Of a stretch of DNA of 64,000 bases, positions 63,821 to 64,000 are shown piece after piece. The notes below the pieces were generated by a model, which was not told the DNA's origin, did not search any database, and was given only the letters and a program-made list of their open reading frames with translations. This DNA comes from Phoronis australis (taxonomy: Eukaryota > Animalia > Phoronida): positions 330,372 through 394,371 of the forward strand of contig NMRA01000387.1 of assembly GCA_002633005.1 (NCBI GenBank), read 5' to 3'. A program made the translations under genes and the position numbers. Numbering within the stretch: position 1 is the first letter of the stretch; every line of letters starts with the position of its first letter.

Positions 63821-64000
63821 TTAATCAACCACAAAATCCTGAAGGTAGGTTGGAGGACGTTTGGTCCTGGAAGAGCGTCGCAAAGGAACGTCTCCCGTCA
63901 CGTCAAGTGTACCGCTGCTAGTATGACCCGCATCATTGGTAGGAACAACATCATTCGAGGTGTGGGAAGGTTGACTCAGGTTTACTCCAGGAAGAACATC
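63821..64000 (-). mobile_element. C-terminal tail of an LTR retrotransposon (Gypsy-like) pol/integrase ORF, entering from the window edge
   Basis: An open minus-strand frame ends ...VPLRRSSRTKRPPTYLQDFVVD*, the typical LRRSxRxxxPPxxLxD[FY]V integrase C-terminal motif. Confidence 0.7.

Overview
This is eukaryotic, AT-rich, repeat-rich genomic DNA from a draft assembly with N gaps and single-n contig joins. It is probably a heterozygous invertebrate; the species cannot be determined from the sequence. The window holds (1) a tandem array of four 3-exon TMEM26-family membrane-protein genes on + (303-5537, 19114-26850, 28668-39449, 43597-47937), all with intact GT-AG splicing; (2) an orphan secreted precursor on - (~15097-15497) with a signal peptide, a very acidic pro-region and a strongly cationic 4-Cys C-terminal peptide, which is the most novel-looking item; (3) a complete 6-exon phosducin-like 3 (PDCL3/VIAF1) gene on - (50559-56204); and (4) the first three exons of a secreted PAN/apple-like protein on + (58916-61770, partial). 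It also contains many transposon remnants: a THAP fragment, a MITE family with 5-bp TSDs, a nested MITE, Penelope, LINE RT relics and a Gypsy integrase tail. Two duplications abutting single-n joins look like unmerged haplotypes. All coordinates and counts were read by eye; no database searches were run.
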